A DNA stretch of 64,000 nt from Eledone cirrhosa (GCA_964016885.1 OZ024741.1:230206001-230270000); one strand, 5' to 3'. Numbered from the stretch's first letter, positions 41,375 to 53,550 are shown. Translations and numbers: made by a program. The notes: generated by a model not told the origin, from the sequence alone.

Positions 41375-42440
41375 ATAACAGGAGGCTGGACTGGTGTAAA
41401 TCCTTGAAAAGTTTATTATACTATGATCATTTCAATGACCGGGTTCCGTATGAATCCGGGGTGATATCATCAGGTATTCGAAATATAACAAAGGAATATA
41501 TAAAAAATGAATGTGTCCGAAAATCAGAGACAGAGAGGACGACTGACCAGCTAGCTGCTTTCAACTCGGCCAGTCGCCCTCAAGTGATGGCAACTCGGTC
41601 TACTAATGACCATCTGGTGAGGGGGCGAAGGATAATAATGTACTACCACCTCTCCGTCAGAGAATAAAAAAAGAGAAGAAAGAAAGAAGAAAAGTCAGCG
41701 TAAGGGTCACACTACAGTCATGCTAGAAGACGCCACGAAAAATATTATTCCAAAGAACCCATATTTTAACAAAGGCATATATATGGGTCTCTGTATGGTC
41801 TAATGTGTGAACAGAAAATTGGAACGTTAACTTGTGTTAAGAGTTATAGGATGAAATTAAATCATTAGAAAATTAATAGAAAATTAAAGGTTTGTGTTGC
41901 GAAATTTATTTAATGAAATCACAGAGAGAGAGTCTTATAAGAAAAAGTTTAAGTGTATTATAGGGAATCTCGATAAGTTATCAAGGTGGGTTATAGAGTA
42001 AAGATAAAAGCCTTCGATTGTAATTCCCAGCCAGCACCTCCTAACCACGTGTCAGCCAGTTTCGAGTGGTATCGTCTAGCGAAATAAATGGAAATTAATT
42101 TTTCCGAGTACTCTAGGAACGTAACTGTGATAGGCTCCGGGTGTGTTAGCGGGAAGTCAACCAGCTTCTACAGGCCATCATCTATACCAAACGAATACTA
42201 TTAATTCGTACAGGAGGGGTTTATTTACGTGCCAGCAGAGGGAGGCCTGATACAGCTAACAGTTATGCCTAAGCCTAGAGTTTATAGGTATGAGTATAAT
42301 AATTAACTCCGTATTAGAACCACCAACTACACAAACGAAGACGGGTGAACTTCACTACGTTGAGTACTCTCCATAATATTACATCAAGATTGACCATACG
42401 GAATGACCAATTCTATCCAGTGGTGAACCAACAAACCTAA
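41372..42440 (-). mobile_element. Non-coding Penelope-like element with a hammerhead near its 3' end
   Basis: Segments are homologous to 46370-46870 and 48060-49040. The 3' end abuts (TA)n. Confidence 0.6.
41418..41477 (-). ncRNA. Type I hammerhead ribozyme, intact core
   Basis: ATAC-CTGATGA-[CCGG..CCGG stem II]-GAAA-TGATCA-TA-GTAT: 4-bp stem I and palindromic stem III ATGATCAT. Confidence 0.75.
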
Positions 42441-42512
42441 ATAAATAAATAAATATATATATATATTCAGGTTTGAGGTTCACCACTGGATAGAGCTGGT
42501 CAATTATAATTA

Positions 42513-42557
<45 letters not shown>

Positions 42558-42607
42558 AAAAGAAATTGAAAACGTAACTGGAGTTTTTTAAGAATATTTA
42601 TTTATTT

Positions 42608-42646
42608 ACTTTACCCGTTTCATTGTTCCTATGATTTTCAAAAGTA
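42608..42646 (-). ncRNA. Hammerhead-like motif, U3:A8 core variant
   Basis: TACTT-TTGAAAA-tcataggaacaat-GAAA-cggg-TA-AAGTA, with a 5-bp stem I. Confidence 0.5.
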
Positions 42647-42832
42647 AAATTGAGATGGAAGGCTTGTGTTTCTGTTACGGTTTGTCTTGCATCAAGTTCG
42701 CGTTCGAAAGTTCTTTCTGTTTTATACGAAAAAAGTGGCCCAAATTGGTGTGTTTTTCTTTAATGTAATTTGGTTGGTTGATGACTGACAAGTAATAAAT
42801 TCATTAAATATATATATATATATATACATATA

Positions 42833-42980
42833 TAAGTTATTCCGTGTTGAATCGGAGGTAACCACAGTAATTAAGGTACTCAATACATAGCAGAGTATAA
42901 ATGTTTTAATATAGAAGTGCTTCTACAGGACTAGAACTGTTTCATTCGAGAGAAATCCTGACGATTTATCACGAATGAAA
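42833..42980 (-). mobile_element. Second copy of the 35.9 kb hammerhead mini-element, with an 18-bp fold-back
   Basis: 42833-42957 is homologous to the reverse complement of 36001-36122. Arms 42940-42957 and 42963-42980 flank CTGAC. Confidence 0.75.
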
Positions 42981-43062
42981 AATTTGTCAACATTTTCTTT
43001 TCCTTTTTACTAATATATCACAACTCGTGTGTCACAGCTCTATTAAAAAAATATATATATAT

Positions 43063-46000
43063 TTAATGTCCTGAGTATGACATTAAACTACATCCAGTGG
43101 CAAGGCTCCAGTTCGGGAGTTCAGGAGCTGTGGGGAATGTGGAGTTACCCCTTAGTTGTCATAACTCCCAAGTCTGCCCTGGCCCGGAGTAGTAGTACGT
43201 GTTAGGGCGCCATTTATGGGTTAAATAACTACCTTATTCGAGTGGCGCCGGTAAGGTATTGTCAGCCATTGAAAAGAAATGTGGAGAGTCTATCTAACAA
43301 CACTAGGGTTAGAGCCCCTAATTACACTGTCAAGGAGCAGTCTGGTCATTATGACTCTGCTGGCTTAGAGCCACAGGGAGGGCCAGTGGATGATGGATCA
43401 GCTGTCTCTGAGACAAATATAAAGAATGCAGTTTTGTCCTGCAGAAGAGCCATCAAAATGGGCACTTTGAATGTGAGGACTATTCGGACGCTGGAGAAGA
43501 GAGAGGAGTTGGGACATCTGTTCGAGGAGAGTGGTATACAGATACTTGCGATCCAAGAACACAGGATCTTACACGATGAGCCCATGAGGAATGTGATGAT
43601 TGGGAAGATGAGCCAGCTCATCACCACATCGGCAGTGAGGAACATGACCAATGCTGCAGTGGGAGGAGTGGGTTTTGTTTTCAGCACAAAAAACAGTCTA
43701 TTGGTGAGGGAAATAATACCTGTCTCCTCGCGAAACCCAAGACTGTCAGTCATCTCAACCTATAGTCCAACCGAGGGAGACAGTGATGTGAGTGCGGAAG
43801 AGTTCCATGAGGATGTGTGTAGAGCTGTCAATACCACACAAGCACACAACATCCTGCTTGTTTTGGGGGACTTCAATGCACATCTGAGTAAGGAGGGCAG
43901 TGGAGATCCTTGCTAGTACTTCCATAACAAGACCAACCGAAATGGAAGACTACTGAGAGACACCCTGCTGGAAGCGAAGTTGCTAGCGACCAACCTAAGG
44001 TTTAGGAAGAATCCGGGGAAGATGTGGACCTACATCTCAGATATGCACCTGTCCAAGTCCCAGATGGATTTCATTATGGTGAGGAAAATGTGGCGGAATA
44101 GTGTTCTGAACACAGAACCATACAACTATTTCAGTACACTGGGTTGTGACCACCGGCTTATTATGAGTGAGGTCCGGGTGAGCTTAAGAAAAAGCAACGC
44201 TCAGCTCTAGAGAGCAATCTATGACTGGGGAGCTTTCAAGGATGATAATAAGCTACAGGAGAGGTTCACAGTGGAAGTGAGGAACAGGTTCAGTGCTCTG
44301 TGTGGAGAGACAGAGGAGAAAGAGATTGGATGGACTGAGGAGAGGGTGACGAGGAGGTACGGGCACTTCACCAATGCAGTGGTGCAAGCAAGTGAGACCC
44401 TGGTGCCGAGGAGAAAGAACCAAAGGAAGCACGTCAGCTCTGCAGACCCAAAAGTGTGTGCAGCCAGAGAACACCTGAAAGCTGCCAACGACCAATTCTA
44501 TGCTGATCCTACGGAGAAGAGGATGGAGACTGTGGAGGTGATGAGGGAAGAACTCTGTACCGCTTACACTGAGGCCAGAGAGGAGGCAAAGATAGAGAAG
44601 ATCAGAAGTGTGGAGAGAGCGGTTGACAGGTCTGGATGTAAGGAGAGCTGGATGATCATCAACGAGATCACATGGAGGAAGAGAAGATGTTCGAGTCAGA
44701 TCCAGGGACAGGACCCGAGGATAGGAAGAGGAAATAGCTAGACCATTTAAGCACTCTACTAGGAGAGCCGCCCTCCACAACCCAGAGCACTGGGGTGATC
44801 GGGCGGCTGTTTGAAGAACTGGATATTGAGACAGAGCCCTTCACCAGAGAAGAGCTTCAGAGAGCCAAGAAGAAGATCAAGGAGGGAAAGGCTCATGGAG
44901 AAGATGGAGTGGCATCAGAGGTGATGAAGAGGTGTGATTTTGACGATATCATCCTGGGGTTCTGTAACCAGGCACTGGAGAAAGGAGTTGCCCCGAATCA
45001 GTGGAGGATCAGTAACATCGTCCCAGTGCCAAAGAAAGGAGATCTCTCTAACACCACCAACTACAGGGGGATCTCACTGACGTCACTTGTGGAAAAGACC
45101 CTCAACAGGATGATTCTTAACAGGATCCAGCCTGAGATTCAGAAGAAGCTCAGGGACAACCGGAACGGCTTCAGAGAGGGAAGATCAACCACCAGTCACA
45201 TCCTGATGCCGAGGAGGATATTAAAGGGAGCTAGAGCAAAGTGTCTTCCTGCGGTCATGGTTTTCATTGACTTTAGGAAGGCCTTTGATTCTGTGGACCG
45301 TCACTGCCTGATGAGGATCTTAAGGCTTATGGAATCCACAAGTTGATAGCGGACCTGATATCACTGCTCTACACCAACACCAAAGCCCAAGTCATTACAC
45401 CTGGTGGGATGACAGAGTTTTTTGAGATACTGGCTGGAGTGCTCCAGAGATATACATTGGCTTTCTTCCTAGTTTTGGTGACAAATACAGTGAAGGAGGC
45501 AGAGGATTTGATGCAGGAGGTTGAGACTGTGTCGATGAGTGTGGGGCTGAGAATGAATGAGACTACAACAAAATATCTGGTAGAGAATCTTGAGAAGCCA
45601 GAAGTGGGATCACTAATGTAGGCGGGAAGCCGCTGGAATTGGTTGAGGACTTCCTGTATTTGGGAACAAAGAGTGGGAATACGGAAGATGATGTGGTTGA
45701 GAGGAAGAGCAAAGCCTGGACGGCGTGCCACAGCTTGAGATCGGTGTGGAAGTCGGACCTTCGTAAAGACCTGAAAATCCGCCTCTTCATCGCTGGAGTG
45801 AAGTCTGTGCAGCTGTATGGGTCTGGGACTTGGACACTGACCAAGAAACTCACTCAGATGTTGGATGAGTGCTACACGAGAATGCTGAGGATAGCTCTGA
45901 ACATTGATCAGTATACACTGAGGATGAAAAACACAAAGCTGTATGGGAGCCTCCCAAAAATCAGCTCAAAAGTGACACAGAGGAGACTGAGGTTAGCTGG

Positions 46001-46217
46001 ACATGCTCATCGACATCCAGAGTTGACATTGCACTCAGTGCACCTGTGGGAGCCCCTACATGGACACACTGGAAGTGGGAGACCAAGTTTAACGTATGTT
46101 GATGCCCTAAGGATAGACACTGGTCTGTTGGAGATGCAGGACATAGCAACGATAATGAGGGACAGAGACCGCTGGAGAGAACTCATCGATGGATCTCGGG
46201 AATTTTACTCGCTCTAG
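43063..46217 (+). mobile_element. Full-length RTE-like LINE, disrupted APE-RT ORF
   Basis: GTLNVRT, IQEHR, LGDFNA, CDHR, NYRGISLTS, FIDFRKAFDS, GVLQ, FLYLG and RLRLAGH. The FADD region is deleted. The 13-bp flank AATATATATATAT occurs at 43050-43062 and 46218-46230. Confidence 0.9.
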
Positions 46218-46230
46218 AATATATATATAT

Positions 46231-46870
46231 GGGTTTGTTGGTTCACCACTGGATAGAACTGGTCATTCTGTGTGGTCAACCTTGATGTAATATTATGGAA
46301 AACACTCAACGTAATGCAACTCACCCGTCTTCGTTTGTGTACTTGGTGGTGCGAGTACGGAGTTAATTATTACAAAAGAACAGGAGTCATGTACTGGTGT
46401 AAATCCTTGAAAGGTTTATTATACTATGATCATTTCAATGACAGGGTTCAGTATGAATCCAGAGACAGGAAGGGGGCCGGCTATTTAGCAGCTTCTAGCT
46501 CCGTCGGCGGCCCTCAAGTGTTGATTATTACCATCTGGTGTGAGGGCGCAAGCCTTTAATGTACTACTACCATCCCGTGACTATATATATTACATCCTGA
46601 AATATATATATACACGATAAATTGTCAGGGTAGTATATAGAGTAAAATTAGGCCCGTGTTAGCGGTCAATAACCAGTGACGCCTGCGGACCCCGCGCCAG
46701 CCACTCCCTCCCACGTGCCAGCTGTTCCGAGTAATTAACTCCGTACTCGCACCACCAACTACACAAACGAAGACGGGTGAGTTGCATTACGTTGAGTGCT
46801 TTCCATAATATTACATCGAGGTTGACCACACAGAATGACCAGTTCTATCCTGTGGTGAACCAACAAACCC
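46231..46870. mobile_element. Rearranged Penelope-like element with 139-bp inverted termini
   Basis: 46231-46369 is the near-identical reverse complement of 46732-46870. The interior is a deleted copy of the 41.4 kb family. Confidence 0.75.
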
Positions 46871-46911
46871 AAATAAATGATGCTCCAGAAATGTCGAGCG
46901 CTTTCAGATGT

Positions 46912-47106
46912 AATAATTGTTTCTACTATTGGCACAAGGCCAGCAACTATTCCACTGTATTACTGGTACTTTATTTTATCGACCCTGTAAGGATGAAAGG
47001 CAAAGTTTTACCTCGGCGGGATTTGAACTCAGATCATAAAGGGAGGTAACTTTATGCTACAAAGCATGGCGTCCGACCCTCTACCGATACTGCCAATCCA
47101 CCGCCC
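46912..47106 (-). mobile_element. tRNA-derived SINE
   Basis: Full copy. Confidence 0.9.
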
Positions 47107-47799
47107 TTTCAGTTGTAATAATGAATAGCGGCACTGACGCCAGTGTATAGCTATCGCCAGCATGGGACTAACTAATCTACACACCTTTCGGATTTTGGCT
47201 GCTTTGAGCTTTGTCTACCACCCACCTTGTCAACCGCTTCTCCCATGTCGGGAATATCCAGACTGACAGACCTCATTGATTCCTCTAAATAATTCTACGT
47301 ATTCTAATATAGCGTGTATTGTATTGACTGAATTCTCTATCCTATACTTCAGGGCATTTGTGATCCAAGTTGAATATTAAGACTTGAACATACACTAGGT
47401 ATCACCTGATACCACTCCTTCTCTTCCATCCTCTATATCTATATGTATAACCATGTATTATCCGAATGCCCCTCGATCTTATATTTCCCCTGTGTTTTGA
47501 TTTCTTCTATATGTTCTCTAAACTTCCGTTTTACTCCATGCATCACCACCCTAGTTATGACTGCATTTTATTTATATATTTTTATTTATTTATGTATTTG
47601 GCTTTTTATTTTTTATTTTGTATTTTGCTTATTATTCCTTTTAATTATATATTTACTTACTCGCTCTATACCCAGTACATAACTACCTCTGTGATCATTA
47701 GCACACAACCCTAGAATATTACTCACTGTACCCATATATCTGTTTCCTTATTCACTCCCCCTACCCATCCTAGAACCACACTACTATAATCCGGACTAA

Positions 47800-49042
47800 A
47801 TGGGGACTAGATATAGTATATTAGCGCATTTCATCGCGTTTTACTACTTCCAACCTCACACCACGGGTGTCTGGTAACACGCGATGATCCGACGGATGTG
47901 GCGGATTTCCCGACTGCGCGCCGGGCACTCGGGCGTTTTAGCCTTCCTTGAGTGCTTGGAAAAATAAATTTCCCCTTCTTTCGATAAACGAAATTACTCG
48001 GAACCGCTGTTTCGTCCCGGGACCAGGCCGGGCTTGGGACTCGCCGCGCCGCCGGCATTGACCGCCAAATAGTACCTTTATTTTCTAGGCTTAGTCATAA
48101 CCTTTAGCTGTATCATGCCTCTTCTTACTAATACTTAACTAAATTCCCAGCCTGTGTGATATAATAGCAACCGTTTGGTATATACGATGGCCAGCCGGCG
48201 CTGGGGGGGGGGGGGGGGGGCTCCACGCTAACACACACGACGACTAAGACAGTTACATTCCTGGAGTGCTCGGTAAAACTAATTTCCATTCCTTTCGCTA
48301 GACGATATTACTCGGAACAGCTGGCACGTGGGAGGGAGTGGCTGGTGCGGGTCCACAGTCGTCGCTGGTTATTGACCGCTAGCGCGGGCGTAATCTTACT
48401 CTATATACTACCCTGACAATTTATAGTGACTATATATATTACACTTAAACTTCTTCATAAAAGCCTCCTTATGTTAATTGTCACATTCTCTCTATATCAT
48501 TACACACACTCTCTCTTTCTCACTCTCTCTGTCAATCTCTCTCTTTTTTTCATTCTCCCACACTCTCTCTCTGTTTGACTCTCTCTGTCACTCTCTATCT
48601 CTCTTTCATTCACACACACTCTTTCCCTTTTTAATCTCTGTCTGTCTTTGTGGATGATGTTTTTTCTTGAAAAAACATATTTCGCGGCAATTTCGAGCAT
48701 GCCTGACCAGCCTGATTGACGCGTGACCTCAGCGCTGACATTTCCATCTGATGTGATGGTAGTAGTACATTAAAGGCTTGCGCCCCCACACCAGATGGTA
48801 ATATGTACACCTTCTAATCAACACTTGAGGGCGGCCGACGGAGCTAGAAGCTGCTAAAGTGCCGGCCGCCCTCCTGTCTCTGATTTAAACACCATGGATT
48901 TTTATCTGTTATATTCCTTCGTTATATTTCGAATTACCTGATGATGTCACCGGATTCATGCTGAACCCGGTCATTGAAATGGTCATAGTATAATAAACCT
49001 TTCAAGGATTTACACCAGTACTTGCCTCCTGTTATTTTGTAA
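47800..49042 (+). mobile_element. Third member of the 41.4 kb hammerhead element family
   Basis: 48225-48440 and 48750-49040 are inverse homologs of 41380-41650, 42020-42160 and 46370-46730. It ends at (TA)n. Confidence 0.65.
48935..48990 (+). ncRNA. Type I hammerhead ribozyme, intact core
   Basis: TAC-CTGATGA-tgtcACCGGaTTCatgctGAAcCCGGTcatt-GAAA-TGGTCA-TA-GTA. Confidence 0.75.
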
Positions 49043-49904
49043 TATATATATACAAAGGTTTTATTTAATTTGTTGGAATTCAACAAATTTAAAAGTTTTA
49101 TAACTGATATAAAGCACTCAACAAGTTAGTGGAGTAAATATTCATTATATTAATAAATGGAAACTATATTTATAAAACCATAATTATTTTATTATATATA
49201 TTTCAAGGGCAACCAAGACAAATTTTGGTGCGCTTTCATTTTATAAAATACAAAATTTGTTTTATAAATGTTGACATACCCGCAGAAGAAGAACCTTGAC
49301 GGTTGGAGGTTCGCAGGCTAATGTGATGCATGCAGTTTTCCTTATCCTCAGGTATAATTTCTCTACCATCTTTGAGTTGAAGGGGGCACCTCTAATAATT
49401 CAGATTTTATAGCTGCGATCATATTGTAAATTCGATGTATTATACATATATTATTTAATGCGTGGCACGAATTTTCATAGAATAATTAAACTTTCAACTT
49501 TTATTATGTTAGTATTCGGTGTGATCAAGTTATATCAACGAACAGTCAGCAATTCGTGTGAAAATATATACATCAGCTGAGTATGTGTACCAGCAGTTGG
49601 TGGGGATGTAATCCTGTGCCATACCCAGTGAGAGTCTTGTACTCTCAGTCGATTAATGCTAAGGAAACCGAGGATAAGTACCAACCTGATGTGACATCAG
49701 CTTCGAACAGAAGCTCTCAAATAGTGTATTAAAAATCCTCATAATTAGGAGTAAAGATACTAGTAGTGATTTTGAAATCAAACTATATCAAACTGCCAAC
49801 GTAATACAAATCGAATAATATATATATATATATAAATAGCTTAGAGTTTAGACTCAATGGGGTCATTTACAATCATTTCAGCTCTAGGAATCGCTTCTGA
49901 GCAG

Positions 49905-50774
49905 TATAAATTAATATTTGATGAACATTTACATGTTTTAGTTGCAATTGACTAATAAGATCGCTAGAGTGAAAAATCTTAATTCAACAACATAAAGTCT
50001 GCCTGTACGATCTAAAAAATAATAAATCAATACTCACAGACTCATATGGGCAAAAAGCCTTGGTACCTAGACACGTTTAAAATTCAAAATACAAACCATT
50101 TCCGCAGATCGGTCAGAACTTCAAACTTCAAACATGTTTCACAAAGGATGGTATAATAGTAAAATAATTAACTAATTAGCAGTGAGTTAATCAACTTTTT
50201 CTGTGTTTATCAATAGGTACCCAGATAAAATAAATAGGCTTTTTGCCCATATGAGTCTGTGAGTATTGATTTATTATTTATCACTGCTCCCCCATGTGAG
50301 CTGAATTTTGTAATCCCATATAAACGGCTGTTATTTCTAGCACTATGTGTGGGACGTTAGAGGACTGGAATAAGCCGTGTGCAAAACCTCGTGTATTTTC
50401 GCTACGCTAACCAGACCTTAGATATTTTTCTGAGGTAGAGTTATTTTATTTTATCTGGGTACCTATTGATAAACACAGAAAAAGTTGATTAACTCACTGC
50501 TAATTAGTTAATTATTTTACTATTATACCATCCTTTGTGAAACATGTTTGAAGTTTGAAGTTCTGACCGATCTGCGGAAAAAGTTTGTATTTTGAATTTT
50601 AAACGTGTCTAGGTACCAAGGCTTTTTGCCCATATGAGTCTGTGAGTATTGATTTATTATTTTTTAGATCGTACAGGCAGACTTTATGTTGTTGAATTAA
50701 GATTTTTCACTCTAGCGATCTTATTAGTCAATTGCAACTAAAACATGTAAATGTTCATCAAATATTAATTTATA
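49905..50774. repeat. 330-bp near-perfect inverted repeat with a 210-bp spacer
   Basis: 49905-50234 versus 50445-50774, with about 2 mismatches seen. Confidence 0.92.
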
Positions 50775-51027
50775 TATATATATATTATTCGATTTGAATT
50801 ACCCTGGCAGTCACCCCCCACTCTCAGAAGCGTGAACCTAATAAACTACCATTTGTACTGCCTTTCTGTTTTTTGTTCTTGTCTAATATTTAACTATATA
50901 TATATATGTATATATATATATCCGTTACACCTTTCGCCCATGGTTTTGTATCGCTTGGGTGAAGTTACCGTTTCTGCGCATGCGCGTTCATACGGTTGTT
51001 CTTCCTGTTCCGTATAACCATGACCAG

Positions 51028-51070
51028 TCCGAGCTGAACATCCGCATCAGGTGAAACAATTGTCTGGGTA
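51028..51070 (+). ncRNA. Degenerate minimal hammerhead
   Basis: CTGAACA-tCCgcatcaGGt-GAAA-CAATTG-TC. The downstream sequence is homologous to the 39.15-39.2 kb copy and ends in (TA)n. Confidence 0.45.
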
Positions 51071-52937
51071 TGGTGTACTAACTGTTGTGTTACTACTTCT
51101 ATATATATATATATATATCCATCTCCTTCTCTCACCCTCTCTCTCTGTCTCTCTCTCTCTCTCTCTTTATATATATATATACATTGTTGTCCCCCCGTTA
51201 TTCGCGGTGAAAAACAGCGAATATTAGACGTGGTCCATAAAAATGCATATAAAGGTCAAAATATAACGTAAAATATAAGTGGCGTCCAATAGACCGGCAT
51301 ATACGGTATATTGTTATTAATAATTCAGCGTTAAGTAAATATATATATATATTTGTTTCTACTTTTGGAACAAAGCCAGCAATTATCCCAGTGCATTACA
51401 TATTGCCACGAAAAAAGCAATTTAAAAAATCGCGGAAGATATTCACGATTCCACTAATATGCGGTGGTTTCCACAAACAATTATTAGTTAGGTTCTAAGG
51501 AAAATTCTCCGAATGCCGGGCAATCTGAATTTAGCACGCATTTAGGATGAAAGACGTTTCATTTGTGATCAACTCTTCTTTCTATTTAGACTTAATATAT
51601 TACTTTTCCAATGTGTCCTACATATTCTTAAGTTTGCCGGATGTGATTTTGGGGTGATTTTGACCGATCCCTCATCGGATCACTTCATGTTGGCGTTTAA
51701 CAACAGCTAATACCGGAATTTTAAGAGTTAGGATCAAAAGGGTTTCAGTCACAACCATCGTATTTCTAGCCAATGAACACACCACGTTGAGGATTCCTTT
51801 GTTGATGGTGTTTAAATTGGTGGTGCAATTAGCAGTATTAGTAGTGATGATTTTATTATTGTTGTCTATGCCCAGTTCAGGTCTGAAAGAATATACTAAT
51901 AAACAAAGAAATTTCGATCTTGAAGATACTTTTATTTTATTTGGAGTGTGTACCTAGAATCAAATTAACGATGTATACTTCTCTTTTTGGTGCACTCGCT
52001 CTTCTAGAAAAGCCAGCGAGTGCGAAAGTCACTATACTCGTTGATGGTAGCAGTTATGTTTGTGGTTGGTGTGTTGGCAGTGGGTGTGTTGGTGGTGGGT
52101 GTGTTGTTGGTGGGTGTGTTGGTGGTGGGTGTGTTGTTGGTGGGTGTATTGATGGTGGCTGTTTGGTAGTGGATTTGTTGGTTTTGGATGTGTTAGTGAT
52201 GGATGTGTTAGTGGGGAATGTGTTGGGAGTGAAGTCGATGTAGGGAAGTTGTTGTTATTAATGTTGCTGGTGGCAGAGCTGGAATTGTGTATAATAGTGG
52301 TGGTGGAGGTTTTCATATTGCATCTATATAGGTACGTCAGAAGTACTGTCGCAATAGTAGTGATATGCGCAGCTGCTGCAGCATTAACAGTGTCTAGAAA
52401 AGACCTGCAATTTTATATCTGACAGAAGGTCAAGTGTGTTAAATATTGTAACAAGTCTACTGCTTCTGCCACCTGACTGTGTTAATACACTTTCGTACTT
52501 GGCTGTCGGCAATTTTCAAGTTTGAGACTATATAATGCAACCCGTTAATACTACTCCTACCATCTTCACCAACTTTACAGTCATAGTCACCGCCATCTTC
52601 GCTACAAACGATATGAGCACCGCGCCAATTTCATAATCACTGGAACCAATATTTGCTCTATGTGACAGATACCATCACTACCAGAACTATTACTACCATG
52701 ACTAATTAATCTAGTACCGCTCCTACGCCGTCCCTTGACCCACTAAAAATAACCACCGAATCGAGCTCAAATCGCGCATCATAAAAAGAGGAGATGCTCA
52801 CGGCTGGAATGTATTTTATCATGTCAGGTCATTCAGGATTAAGCTTAGGAAAAACAAATGACATTGGCAGCGTCTGTACATTAAATGCAGCTTCAATACT
52901 GTTTTTTTTCTTCTCTTTTTAAACCAACTGCCTGTAG

Positions 52938-52984
52938 ATATTTTACTTTTTATTTGATATCGATGATATATTCACACATTCAAG
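52938..52984 (+). other. Candidate 47-bp exon
   Basis: Long pyrimidine tract, TGTAG| acceptor and CAAG|GTATCG donor. Confidence 0.25.
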
Positions 52985-53234
52985 GTATCGCACTAATTTA
53001 CATAGGAAATGATTAGTTTTCTATAATTGAGCTAGAAGTAAGCCGGTTACGTCATGCTTGCATTTATATGTATTCATGGACCCGTAACTGTTAGTGGAGT
53101 CGTTGGGGTGTCGTAGTGACATACGGTGTTTCTTCAGCATTTTAAAGCTGGTACGATCCATCCCGTCTCTAGATCTGACCGCCAGCCGTTTCCGTTTGGA
53201 GAAAAAGAGGGATACAGCGATATAGAGAAACAAT

Positions 53235-53550
53235 CGATCCCAGTACTGGACTAGTACTTATTTCAAAGACGTTGAACAAAACAAAAGGCAAAGTTGAGAT
53301 CATTTGAATATGAAATCAGAGCGCTGGGTACCGGAATGAATACCATATAACATTCTATCTGACGTTCTAACAACTGCCACTTCACCACTTGCATATATAA
53401 CATTCTATCTGACGTTCTAACAACTGCCACTTCACCACTTGCATATATAACATTCTATCTGACGTTCTAACAACTGCCACTTCACCACTTGCATATATAA
53501 CATTCTATCTGACGTTCTAACAACTGCCACTTCACCTCTTGCATATATAA
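53235..53550 (-). repeat. Diverged SINE with its head amplified as a 50-bp tandem repeat x4
   Basis: TATAACATTCTATCTGACGTTCTAACAACTGCCACTTCACCACTTGCATA at 53346, 53396, 53446 and 53496. Confidence 0.9.

Noticed and set aside
49945-49990. CTAATAA...GAAA as a hammerhead
   Set aside because: Two core changes including G5 and no convincing stems.
51181-51560. Tc1/mariner-like MITE start (ccccccgttattcgcgg)
   Set aside because: The second TIR could not be identified.
51920-52316. Cys/Gly-rich and His/Gln-rich ORFs
   Set aside because: GGT/GTT low-complexity sequence with no splice or domain support.
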